This document shows positions 47,138 through 59,114 of a stretch of DNA of 64,000 nt, piece after piece. Numbering within the stretch: the first letter of the stretch is position 1; every line of letters starts with the position of its first letter. The DNA is from Eledone cirrhosa (taxonomy: Eukaryota). The stretch lies in assembly GCA_964016885.1 (NCBI GenBank), contig OZ024740.1:406720001-406784000 (forward strand), in the 5' to 3' direction. The position numbers and the translations under genes are program-made. The notes under the pieces are model-generated. The model made no database searches, was not told where the DNA came from, and saw only the letters and a program-made list of their open reading frames with translations.

Positions 47138-48892
47138 ATGTTTATCGATATCGTTGATAACAATATCGTCGAAAACGATATCGCCATATTGGAAGCGAAC
47201 GCCACGCCGACCAAAAAAACAAGCGGGAAAGAGGGAACAACAGTTCAAACTGTTGAACAGCCCCTCCTCTCCAATGAAAAAAAAAAGAATTTCAATTCAA
47301 ATGAAAAAATTAATTTTCAAGAAAAAAATAACACCACAAATAAGGAAACCAACAACATTACAACAAACAAAGACAAAATTTCTTTTGCCCAAACACTCAG
47401 GAGAGCCACTGAATACAAAGCCATTGACATCACGAACGCCAAGGAAAATTTGTTAGAGGCGAGAAAATACGTATCTTTTGGGGAGGATGGTTCTTTTACG
47501 ATCAACTCCCCAGAAGAAGTGCGTCAACAGATTTACAAGAATACCGTAAGCTACAGAACCATAACCAACGAAACGAGAAAGCCAGCGCAATTGACCGAAA
47601 GTCAAATCGAGCTGGTTCTGAAAGAAATTAAAAATGACATACTCTTTATTCAAAGAGGAAAGCTGTATGCCAGCATTATGGTCCGAATGAAGGACGAAAT
47701 GCTGGCTCAGAAATATTCGGTGGCACCTATAGTGTCACCACAATACACCTTCTTCCCCACATATAAAGGAAGAAGAACACAAAGGATAAGAATGTGGAGC
47801 CCTACGCCAGAAATTAACATCTGGTCCGTCCTAACAGGATTTACCGACCTAGATAAGGACATACTAATTTCAGCAGGGGAGTCCACCAGTGGACTGTTCG
47901 GGGGGAAAAGTCTGGAGGTTCTCTTACAGATGACACCTGAGAGAATCTCCGGAATACCCGACCGAGTGCTACTGGATGGGCGAACCTACATAAATATCAC
48001 AGTGGAAGGCAGGAGACCCTCATGTTACCACTGCGCTGGCAGAGGTCACCTGAGGACGGCCTGCCCTCTACTAACAACAAAAAAACCACTGCTACAAACA
48101 CCACAACAACAACAAAAACAACCAGCACCACCATCACAAAAACAACAAAATACACTACCATTACCACCACAACGACAACAAAAACCAACAACACCATCTC
48201 CACCACCACCACAACAACAACAACAACATCAACAACAGCTCAAGAAAACAACCCAAAACACGGTCCCACCCAGCCCCACCCCACAAAACACAAATACAAA
48301 AACAGTTCATACACAACCCGGAGATATACCCCTCCCCTCCAATACGGAAGTGGAGCTCATATCGTCGGAAGACGAGGGGGCTCCCTTCCAAAAAGTGAAA
48401 AGAAAAAAACGTACACACACCACACAAACAAAAATAACCCCACCTGACAACACAACACAGACAATAAAACGCAAACTCACTCAACAACAACAAGCAAAAA
48501 CAAACACAACAACACAAAAACTCTACACATACATAAACAAAAACAATGAAAACCTAACTTTAAAAGTAGAAACCAACCCTTCGATACAAACCGAAGGGCC
48601 GAATTTCGTAACGGCAATGGGGCTCCCTAACTTGAAAATGGTGAAAGTACCACTTGACATTTTCAAAACTTTAAAAGACATTTACCCTGAGGACGTGGGC
48701 CCACCCTGCACCAGGCCACTCAACCGCGTCCTCCTGAAAGGTTTTCCCCTCCCCTCCTCAAACACCCACACAACTCCAAAGATCCCAACCCCTCCACACA
48801 CTAATACCCCCAGACCACCACAAACCACCACCCCACCCATCAACCCCTCCACCAGCCCCATGGAAACTGAACCCCGGGACGCAGAGAGGTAA
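47138..48892 (+). CDS. Tx1 ORF1 protein (584 aa; CCHC knuckle, Q/P/T-rich region)
   Basis: Uninterrupted ATG-initiated ORF containing CYHCAGRGHLRTAC. Confidence 0.88.
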   Translation: MFIDIVDNNIVENDIAILEANATPTKKTSGKEGTTVQTVEQPLLSNEKKKNFNSNEKINFQEKNNTTNKETNNITTNKDKISFAQTLRRATEYKAIDITNAKENLLEARKYVSFGEDGSFTINSPEEVRQQIYKNTVSYRTITNETRKPAQLTESQIELVLKEIKNDILFIQRGKLYASIMVRMKDEMLAQKYSVAPIVSPQYTFFPTYKGRRTQRIRMWSPTPEINIWSVLTGFTDLDKDILISAGESTSGLFGGKSLEVLLQMTPERISGIPDRVLLDGRTYINITVEGRRPSCYHCAGRGHLRTACPLLTTKKPLLQTPQQQQKQPAPPSQKQQNTLPLPPQRQQKPTTPSPPPPQQQQQHQQQLKKTTQNTVPPSPTPQNTNTKTVHTQPGDIPLPSNTEVELISSEDEGAPFQKVKRKKRTHTTQTKITPPDNTTQTIKRKLTQQQQAKTNTTTQKLYTYINKNNENLTLKVETNPSIQTEGPNFVTAMGLPNLKMVKVPLDIFKTLKDIYPEDVGPPCTRPLNRVLLKGFPLPSSNTHTTPKIPTPPHTNTPRPPQTTTPPINPSTSPMETEPRDAER

Positions 48893-48915
48893 GTGCCTCT
48901 TTCTTTGCCACCAAC

Positions 48916-51900
48916 ATGGCTGTCTTAAGAGTAGGTTGTCTAAATGCGCGTGGCCTGGGCTCACCTTGGAAGCAAGCTAAACTTCTAAGTGACCTCAGGT
49001 CACAATGTGTAAATGTGATGGTTATTTGCGAGGCCCGGATCAGCAGCATGCGACAGCTAACCCCCACCTTTGATGACTTTGAGATGCACGCATCTCTCTG
49101 TCAGCCCGGAGGTGGGGGTGGGGTTGTCGTTCTGCTGCAAAAACATCTGGGTCTCGCTACACAGATGGTACACTTGGACCCGGAGGGTCGACTCGTGGTT
49201 CTGGACCTTGGCAATGGTGAAGGCGAAGCTTTTAGGCTTGTCGCCGTATACGCCCCTTTTGGGGCAATGCGGTCGGACTTCTTCCATCGTCTGGAGACTT
49301 TTCTAGGGACGTCCCGCTCCTTGCTTTTAGTGGGGGACTGGAATGATATCCTAGATGCACGTTGGGACTATGTAGGGGCATGTCCCGATAGAGGGGGGTG
49401 TAACAGCCTTAAGGGGTTAATCGGCCGATTTGACCTGGCCGATAGATACCGACTAGATTTTCCGACTGTACCAACCTGGACCTGGTCAAATAACAGTGGT
49501 CAATCTAGATCGTACCTAGATAGGTTCTTAGTTAGAATTAAGGATAGGGACTTTTTAAGTTGTCCAGAAATGCTCATGGTGGGCTATTCAGACCACAAGT
49601 TAGTGACCTGCGTAGTCCACCTTGATAGAACGCATAGGCAGGGGCCCGGTTACTGGAAGCTCAACTTGTCCTTACCGGCAAGTAGAGCTTACAGGGACCG
49701 GATTAGAACCTTAGTTAAGGAGCGGTTGACGGGCGCCATCGTCAACAACAGGTGGTGGGGCTCTCTAAAAAGAGAGATTAGAGTAGTTTCGATAGGAGTT
49801 AGTAAGGAGTTAGCCTCAGATAGAAATAGGAAGAAAAGGGAGTTGGTAGTTAATGTTGAAGAGGCAATGAGAAGCGGCAACGTGGCCAGAGTGCAAGCGT
49901 CGAGAACGGTCTTGAACCAGTTCTTCGACGCGAAACACGAAGGCTGCGTTGTCCGAAGCAAAATACGTGCTCTGGGAAACGAGGGGACCAAAGCTGTTAG
50001 CTGGGCCCGCGTTACAGAAGCGAAAAGTGGGATTAAATCCACTATCCGGTCTTTGCGAGACCAGGATGGACGGCTGATCCTTGAACCTAAGCAAATGTGC
50101 GAGGCCTTTCAAAGGCACTTTGCCCAATTGTTCGGGAGGGGCGGGGAGCCGGTTGGAGATGTGGATTTCGGTCCATACCTCGACGGCCTGCCGCGTCTTT
50201 CGGACAGGGAGGCGAGGTCCTGCGACGGGCCGATCTCAGCTGCTGAAATAGGGGACGTGCTGAGCCTATGCGGCAAACGCAAATCTCCAGGACTCGATGG
50301 TCTGCCCTACGAACTATATATTAATATGCCGGACTTGTTCCCCGATCTCCTCGAGGCGGTCTACTGCAACTGGCAACAGAACGGGAGAATTCCCTGTTCT
50401 GTGACCAAGGGCGTAGTCTCGCTAGTGAGGAAGGACGAGAACAAGGGGGATGACATTAGTAATTTTAGGCCCATAACTCTGCTAAATGCAGAGTTAAAGA
50501 TTTTGGCCAAGGTGTTAGCGAAGAGGTTGGCGCTTGTCGTGGGGAGCCTGGTGGGAGATGCGCAGACATGCGCTATCCCGTCCAGGTCCATCCACGACAA
50601 CCTCCACCTCATGCGATACATCATAGAGAGGGTTGGGAACGAACCCGGCTTTGGTGGGGCCCTGATAAATTTAGATCAGTCTAAAGCGTTCGATAGGGTG
50701 GACCATGGTTACCTGGATGCGGTGCTAGCGGCGGCTGGGTTCGGACCCGTTTTCAGGGGCTGGATCACTGCCATGCACAGCAGCCGCATCTGCTCTAGAG
50801 TCAAGGTGAACAGCTACCTTTCGGAGCCGTTCGAAATCACCCGCTCCATCCGACAGGGGTGCCCTCTCTCCTCCCTTCTGTATGTATTGACTCTCGAGCC
50901 ATTACTGCGGAAGTTGGAGTTGTTGCAGGGCATCCCTTTGGAACCGGGATTGCGCAAAGCGGTGTCGGCCTACGCCGATGACGTAACAGTAATGGTGTCG
51001 ACCGCCTCGGAAATCGAGGCAATCGGCACCTTACTAGAGGAGTACGAAAGGTTGACAGGGGATAAGCTGAACCGGGACAAGTCAGTCGCTTTGCAACTCG
51101 GCGAGTGGAGGGGCAAAGCGATGTCGTGCGACGGTATCGTCGGACGGTGGACGGAGGGCCCGGTGAAGTTGCTTGGGGTCTGGTTCGGACCGGACCTCCA
51201 GGTGGAGAAAAACTGGGGTGAGGTGACGAATAGGGTGTTTGCACTGACCCAGAAGTGGGCCGAGTGCAAACTATCCCTAAAAGGTCGGGCGGAGGTGGCG
51301 AACGCTTACATAGCGTCCGTCATCTATTACCACTTGACTGTCGTGCCTTGCCCGGGTGAGATCCTCGCCAAAATGGAGCGCGCCCTCTTTTATTTCCTTT
51401 GGAAGAAGAGGTCTCCTCTGGTGAGGAGATCCATTTGCTGTCAACACCCTCTGAAAGGAGGGCTGGGGATGCCGTGACTAAAAATGCGTAAACACGCATT
51501 GAGGCTAAGGCACCTCTACGTATTCCTCACCGGTCAACCGGTGTGGGCCCCGTTTGTGAGGCGAGCCTTCCCGAGGCTCGTCTCGCTCACCGAGCTGCAG
51601 TCCTGGGTGAAGCAAAGACCGAGAAAACTGGGCGACTGGCACACCGAGTGTGCCCAGGCGCTCATGGCTCTCTGGCAGGCGGACCCGGCTATCGACGGAG
51701 ACTCCACCTCGTCATTCTATAGAGGGCTGGTGGTTAGCGGGTGCGACGACGCCCTCGGAGAAGCCCTAGGCATGGAGGAGGACGAACTGGCCAGTCTATT
51801 CGGTAGGACTTTCGGCCCGGGACCTATGGACAACTTCCAGAAGTCCTTGGCCTGGCAGTGCTACCGAGTGGCTCTGCCCGTTCGGGATAAGCTCTACAGA

Positions 51901-52328
51901 CACGGGCGCCCGGGTAGGGACCCCTCGAAAAAGAAGAAACCGTCGCGCACGCATTGGTGCACTGCCCGGGCGTTGCCGATCTGTGGGGCTATATCGAACA
52001 ACTGCTGTCACGGGTGGGACCAATTAGGTTGACCACCGAGTCCATTGTAACGATCAAGCCGCCTCCCCCCTTCAAAAATGAAGGAGAGGCGGTCTTCCTC
52101 TGTGTAATAGCCATGGTAAAAGAGGTTATATGGTGGACGCGTCTGAAAGGGCTGAGGTCGGACACCTTTCTCTCCGGCCAACAACTGGTCCTTTTCTTCC
52201 GATACCATTTCGGAAGAAGGATCAGGATGGAGAGAGAGGTGCTCCACTCCAGCCAGTTTTATGAAAGGTGGGTGAAAGTTGCGAGAATGGCCCGTGTGAA
52301 TGGGCCTTCTCTCTACCTCAGCTTGTAG
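48916..52328 (+). pseudogene. Tx1 ORF2: intact APE + RT (853 aa to TGA at 51475), then in-frame continuation and a frameshifted C-terminus
   Basis: Motifs LNARG, GDWN, SDH, KAFDRV, RQGCPLS, YADD and GGLGMP*. The C-terminal ETVAHALVHCP lies in another frame. Confidence 0.92.
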
Positions 52329-52629
52329 GTGGAACAGAAAGGAGGGAGCACCCTCTCTTTGTGCTCCCGTGGAGAAGGGTCGCACACTTTTTTCGGGGGT
52401 GTGTGTGACCCCAAAACGATCCCTCCCTATTGAGGACCTTCTTGTTATTATTTTGTTTGTTATATTTTTCTTACTCGATTTTTATGTAAACTCCCCCCAC
52501 CCATGTACATGTCCCTTTCTTTTGTGCCCTAGTGGCAAATAAACAAAAATCTGTCTGTCTGTCTGTCTGTCTGTAATATTTATGTCGGTGTTTATGCCCT
52601 GCAGCTTAGCAGGCCAACAAAAAATGTAT

Positions 52630-52715
52630 GAATTGATTGACTAAATTCCTTGAAAGCAGTGCTCCAGCATGGTCTCTGTCTAATGACTGAAACCAGTACA
52701 AGAATAAAAGAATAC
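52630..52715 (+). mobile_element. SINE 3' fragment
   Basis: gtgctccagcatgg...tgactgaaaccagt is homologous to minus-strand 54725-54800. Confidence 0.5.
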
Positions 52716-54332
52716 TTAACAGCATTTTTGTCATACTTGCATAGGTTAGATAGATCTGCAGTATAATATATTACCATTCTTCATAATACTGCAACATCGT
52801 ATTTTTGTAACAAAATATCCTCTAATCTGATCTACCATATCTTCGTATTGCTTCATTTGTTACTGGCATCATTTATTATTTAGTATACTGCACTTTTCTA
52901 TCAAACAGTTGACATCTATATAATGTCATCTATTTATTATAAAAAGTAGTACACAGCTATTTGACCATACTAAACTTTTCTGTACATTTTGGCTAATGCC
53001 TTTATTGTTTTGCTGCTTTCTTATCTAACTTGCTTGTTGCCTTTCATATAAGTTAATGTTGCACATTCAGTGGAACATACTTATCTCTTTTCTCTCCATC
53101 ATCTGCAAATTTTCTGCATTCAGTGCCAAGATCTGACGACCATGCAACATCATGCTTCTTATAGCATGCCTCCCACAGCCAGCCTTTATGAATCTTAAAT
53201 ATTTTTTATGATAGAAAAAAATTATCTCAGAGTTATAATTATTAGGTGCCAGACTAAATGCAATACAGTATTTACTTTCTTCTCTTTTGCTTTTGAGATT
53301 AATTCTAGGTAGAGTTGACTTTGCTTTTCATCATTTGAAAGTGAAGGTCAATAAAATGTCATACAATGAGGTTGATACAGCACACTGCACTGTCTTTTTG
53401 TTAGCAGGTGTCATTTATTCCTAACACCTCCTTAGAGGTGTTAGATTTCATCACAAAAGGCTTTAATAATGAGGTGTTTGAGTTGCTATAGAAACTACCA
53501 TAGTAACTTACAGTAGAGCTATAAAAGTGATTATGCTGTCTATAAAAGTGGCCTACATTACTGAGCTGACATAAATATAACAATTCACACATTTCTAGTA
53601 TAACAGCTCTAGAAACAATAAGTGAAAAATTGACAAATCCAATAATTTTCCATTTAACTATTTCAGCTTAGAAAAAGTTTGTATGTGGGTAGATAGATAA
53701 CTTGAATTATTTAAGTTATACCTGTCAAATATTTTACTGCTAGGTAAAACCTACCTCCAAAGCAAAATTTGATAGGTAGCCTATCAAGTTATTACAGTTC
53801 AGTCACATGGCCAAGGGATTAATAATTTGTTTCTAGTCACTACTGTTAAAGTCTTTACATGACAGTATTTTCAATGATCCACTCCACCTAGCTGTAAATA
53901 GGTTCCTGGTCAAGGAACAGCTCACAACTATAAGCAACAATAGATGGAGGCACTCCATATTTTGTGAGGTTGAAATTTTTTTGTGTAAAATTGCAACATT
54001 AACAAGACAATAAAGGAACCATAGCTTTAATTTGAAATGTTAGAAATAGCAGCCAAATCACATGATTGTTTTAAAAGAAAAGGAACGATACAGAATAATG
54101 TGGTCCTTATAGATAATGCCTGGAAAAGGCTGGAAGGTTTTTTATCATAAGTCTGCTAGATCAGAGCTTACCAAGATTAAGTAACAGCCTCACAGTCAAA
54201 GGTGTTGCAGTGATACAAACAGCACTGGAAAATGTACCATTATCAACACTACTAACTCCAGCACACTCCCCTGTTGAATCTCACAAAAGAATAAATAAAC
54301 TTGCAATTTGATGGTGTACTAAATAAAATGGA

Positions 54333-54620
54333 TCTCCGTCAGTTTCAACGATGAGTGTTCCAATGTTTGATCAACAGAACAGCCTACTCCTGAAATTAAT
54401 GTGTATGTATAAGTAGCTGAGCATTTCACAGACATGCTTACCTTTAATATAATTCTCAGATCTGGCATGTCAGTGTGTGACAAGGCTGGTCCTTTGAATT
54501 ACAGGTACAGTCCATCAAGATTCAAGCACAAGGCTATGGTAAATAACACTTACTCAAGATGTCACAGTGAGATTGAACTCGGGACCTAATGATTGTGCCA
54601 TTTGACCATGCTGTATTCAC
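54333..54620 (-). mobile_element. Old SINE (tRNA-like head at the right end)
   Basis: acacttactcaag...gattgaactc resembles the reverse-complement SINE heads at 42390-42486 and 56765-56848. Confidence 0.5.
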
Positions 54621-54714
54621 ATGTACTAAAATAAAACACTTTTTAAAGGAAGCCTATTTTACTTGATCAATCACTACTGACTAATTTGATGATATATATG
54701 TTTGTGTGTATGTT

Positions 54715-54982
54715 CTTCTATCCTCCTACTGGTTCCAGTCATTACACTATGGTGGCCATCCTGGGGTGCCACCTTCAGGGAATTAAGTCAATCATATTCA
54801 CCCCAGTACTTATTTTATTGATTTCTTTTTGTTAAGTTATCACACACACACACTGGGTTTCCACAGTTTCCATCTATTAAATTCTACTCTGACATTTGTC
54901 CAAGGTGCCATACAGTGAGACTGAGCATGAGAACATATGGTTATGAAACAAACTGTTTAACCACCCAACAGTACCTGTGCCT
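54715..54982 (-). mobile_element. Degraded SINE fragments
   Basis: Homologous to 52630-52715, 5218-5290 and 56765-56848. Confidence 0.45.
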
Positions 54983-55559
54983 ATATTATTGTAGTTATGT
55001 TGCCTTAATAGCTATGGCTTAATCATGGCTTATAGTTTAAAGAATTTTTGAAAGAAATTTAGCTCTAACAGGTTCATATAACTGTTCTGCTAGAGAACAG
55101 GTGGTAGATGATGGCTAACAATGCAGTCACCAGATATGATGGTTAGTTGTGATATCAGCGAGCTCCTTCCAGATGAATACACAACCCCAGACCAACAGCA
55201 GTCAACTACTAAAGGATATGGAGCTATGGGTGACACAATCAGCTCCCAAGAAAACTCTCACAACCCAATATTATAGCAATGATGAGGCAGGTAAAGGCCA
55301 CCTCTAAATAAGTCTAGACTTCACAGGTCTGAGAAAAGTACCAGATTGATAACTGGTACAAAGAAGACCACCAAAACTGCAATATGGTGAGAGGTAACAA
55401 AAAGAACCATACTGCATTGTCCTTCATGTGGGTATACAAGGGACATGTTGAGACCTTAAGTAGTGGAGCTTGTTCAATAAATATATTGCAGACATGGGAT
55501 GGATGCACAAAGATTGAGTTATATCGAGACCCCAAAAAGGATTCAGAAGGGAGCAAACC

Positions 55560-56740
55560 ATAACAAATGGAACCTGGAACATCACAACCCTTACAGGTGG
55601 TAAGGAGCAGGAACTAGTGGAGGAGGCTAGATATAGTCAGGGTTTCCTCAACAAAGTTCTGACTCTAATACTGTAGATTTGGATTGAGACTAAAACCTCC
55701 ACTATTGAGGCGTAGCACCAGAAATGACTGCACAGGCGGGAGTGGGGATACTCAAAAGCCCCCAGAATATGTTATTGACTGGATCTCATTAGGTGGGAGC
55801 ATTTGCCTCTTGAGGCTGAAAGATAGGTCTCTGTGGGTGGTGCAAGTTTATCCACCAAACAAGGAGTCCAAATACAGGTCCTTCTATGATGAAGTTACTG
55901 TAGCGTTAGATGTAGTTAAGATTGAGTCATATATCCTGATGGGAGACTTCAATGAACATGTGGGCACTGATCACCTGTCATGGAAAGGAGTGATTGGAAG
56001 AAACGGCAATCCCAATCTAAATATGAATGGAGAGGCCTTATTAGACTTCTGTTCTAGCAATGGACTCTCTATTATGAACACCTTCTTCCAGCACAGAGAC
56101 ATCCATAAATATATATAGTATAAGGGGAATCAGGGACAGAGATCAATAATTGATTTTGCTATTGTCTCTGATCACTTCAATTCTGTGCTGGATGTTTGTG
56201 TTAAGTGAGAGGCTGAGCTGCCAACCGATCATCATCTAGGTATCTGCAACTTGAGACTACTTAAAGTCCACAAAACTGGCAGGTTCAGGGTGACCTACAG
56301 GGTAAAGTGGGAATCATTGGTGGATAAGGAAGTCAGGACCAGGTATGCAGATACTATTGCATCCAAACTCAGAGAACTCCCGGAGCAAACTGAAGACATT
56401 GAGACAAAGTGGAGATTGTTCAGCACAACAGTTTCTGCTTCGGCTGTTAAATGCTGCAGGTGAAAGAGGCTTGGTGTGGTACCGGATGGCATGAGGACCC
56501 CTTGGTTAAATCAAGATGCCATCCGAGCAAAGAAGGAGTCCTACAAAGCTTAGTTTGGAAATAAGTCCTCCTCCTGGCACTTGCAGTACAAGGCATCCAA
56601 AGGTAAGACATGGGAGGACGGTGTTAAGCTGGAATATGACTTCAGATCAGCAGATAAAGTGTTCTGGCAGACCATCCAGTGACTTCCAAATAAGAATTCC
56701 TCTGCCATATATGCCATCAGGAACGCATCTGGAGTTCTCA
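55560..56740 (+). pseudogene. Old degraded RTE-clade LINE (different family): endonuclease and linker
   Basis: GTWNITTL at ~55569, then VQVYPPN, LMGDFNEHVG, LLDFCSSNGLSIMNTFFQH, RSIIDF and TDHHL, with many stops and frameshifts. Confidence 0.85.
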
Positions 56741-56754
56741 CATGCATCTCAGAT

Positions 56755-56848
56755 TATAAAAAAAGACACTTGCCCAAGGTACTGCAGTGGAACTGAACCC
56801 AGAACCACTTGGTTGCAAAGCAATTGCCCTAACCACATAGCCATGCCT
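56755..56848 (-). mobile_element. SINE 5' (tRNA-like) fragment
   Basis: The minus strand reads aggcatggctatgtggttaggg...ggttcagttcc...ccttgggcaagtgtct. Confidence 0.65.
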
Positions 56849-59114
56849 ACAAACTAAAATGTAATAAACTCTTGGGTGATCATCTGGCATATCAATTATA
56901 TAGGAGTGAAATGTTGAGTATCTCTGTACTTCTAAACCCCATGTCATCTTTACTGTACTGACTAACAGTTTTAGATCTAGCATAACTACTAATTCTTTTC
57001 ACTACTAACATTGGTATCTACCACTATATCACCCACATCACCCACAACAATGCTTCTCCTAAACTGCACAATCCATTTGCAATACAAGTGTGTATGAGTG
57101 CATAGTTGTTTTTCACCTTGTAACACAATATATAAACACATTTCTAGTAAATGGAAAATGTGATACATAAACAATTTAAAGATCTGTTTTTTTGATAACT
57201 AAACAAATAGATTTGCAATACATAAACTATTAGTACAAGATTAACCCTTTTGTTACTGTATTTCTAATGAAATAGGCTGCCAATACATTTCAAATCTCAC
57301 CGAGGTCAACTTTACCATTCATCCTTTTGAGGTCGTGAAAAATGTACCAGTCCAGTAATAATGTTGATTCTTCCTCTCTATTACACTCTTTCCTTCATTG
57401 GAAGAAATTGGCTATTTTCAAACCTGGTGAAGAGATGGGTTCCATGAGGTTTAAAATAGAAATGTTGTAGGTCACTATGGCACCCATACAACACCACCAG
57501 GAGTTGCAGGTTCACACATCATTTGAAAGTGTCATATTGGGAACTTATCCCAATTCTCAAAGTGTTAGAGACATTCCCCTTTCTAGATATGATCCTAATC
57601 TCCCATAAGTTTGTGCACAGGAGAGAACTTCAATTCAGCATTGCAAAGTTAATGAATCACTCATGAGTTACACAATACTTCTGCACTATGAAGTAGTTAG
57701 TTGTGCCTTATGACAGAACCTATTTATAACTAGATCAACTGACCTATTGAAGGTTTAAGTATCACTGTTGCCAGGGACAGAGCAATACTGATGAGATATT
57801 CACCATCAACACTTCAGCTGACACCCTATTAACTAAATCAGCTTTAGGATAAAATAAGTTTTAGTTGTGGAGAAGAGAATAAGAATAATATGCTAATTTC
57901 ACGGCTAATAGAAAAAATGTAGGAAATGGCAATTAAGCATATTGTTCAGGAAATTGCTGCTTTTGTTGAACGCTTGTTACAAACTGACTTTAAATGCTAC
58001 TTCTATAAATTTAGGCTATCTAATATAATTTGATATTTCCAAAACTACTTGACTTTATAAGGAAGTGTGAATATTTCATTGGCCTCTATTACCCTACTTC
58101 AAATAGTCACAATTTTTACGAAATTTGTCACATTTGTATTAAAAAAAAAAATCTCTTAATGTGTATAAGTACTTAAGACAATTAAATGAGATATTTTAAG
58201 TTATGTTATCTACATTTATGACATTGTCTACATATTTCATCATTTCTCACAGATCTCGTATAAATGCACAAAATAACTTCATATAATCAAAACATTTCTT
58301 TCCATATTTGTTAATTCAATAGAACAAATGAACATTTGCAGCACTGATGTCTCAAGGAAGGAAATAACAACACTGAGTTAAAGACATAGAAGAGAATTCT
58401 TCATTAAATCATACTGTAACCCATTACTCTATATTTACTATTGTATTTTCACATAAAAGGCTTTACCTCACATAATACTGAATCTATGGATTTTAATATT
58501 ATTTATTTTGAGAACAATACCTTAACATCAGTATGAGCGGCTAGTTACAACCGGTTTGAACAGAAGGTGAGAGAATTCTGGCCAGATACAGCTGGTTTAA
58601 ATGTTAAAGGTTGTTTTTAAATTGTTTTTTTTAATCAACATCATCATTAATGGTCCATCTTCCACACTAGTATGGGTTAAATATCCTCGTTTAATGTTTT
58701 TTCCCTGCTAGTAAGACAGATCTTTTTCTTTATACAAAATATGAGTTATTCTATTCCCTTAGCAACTATACATGGAAGGATATAAGGTGTTTTAGATGGA
58801 AATGCGTAAGAAGGGCACTAGCCATGCTTGAATGTTTGAGCTTTCTTATCCGAAAAAAGGTGGTATGTAAAATTTGTTTAAATAATTTGTAGTGTTTTTT
58901 GATAAACAGAAGTTCTAAAATGTGTAGTTTTCAGAAATAAAGATTACACATAGCATTGATTGAAGATTGTGGCACAGAGCATGGATGGCAATAATCACAA
59001 GGCTGAGTCTAATAAACATATTACAGTAAAGACAAAATGAAATTAGTTCTGAAGAGCAAAGTGCCAATATTGGGAGTAGATGTAGAGAAGAAAATACATT
59101 ACAATATCAGGTGA

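Larger units (their letters stand above)
46963..52574 (+). mobile_element. Tx1/L1-clade LINE, copy B, full length, flanked by (TCTG)n on both sides
   Basis: 5' UTR, intact ORF1, ORF2, 3' UTR with AATAAA, and (TCTG)n at 52550-52574. Confidence 0.95.

Noticed and set aside
51920-51945. Programmed -1 frameshift at G_AAA_AAG in Tx1 ORF2
   Set aside because: Imperfect slippery heptamer, and shifting would not restore the missing CxxC; a deletion is simpler.
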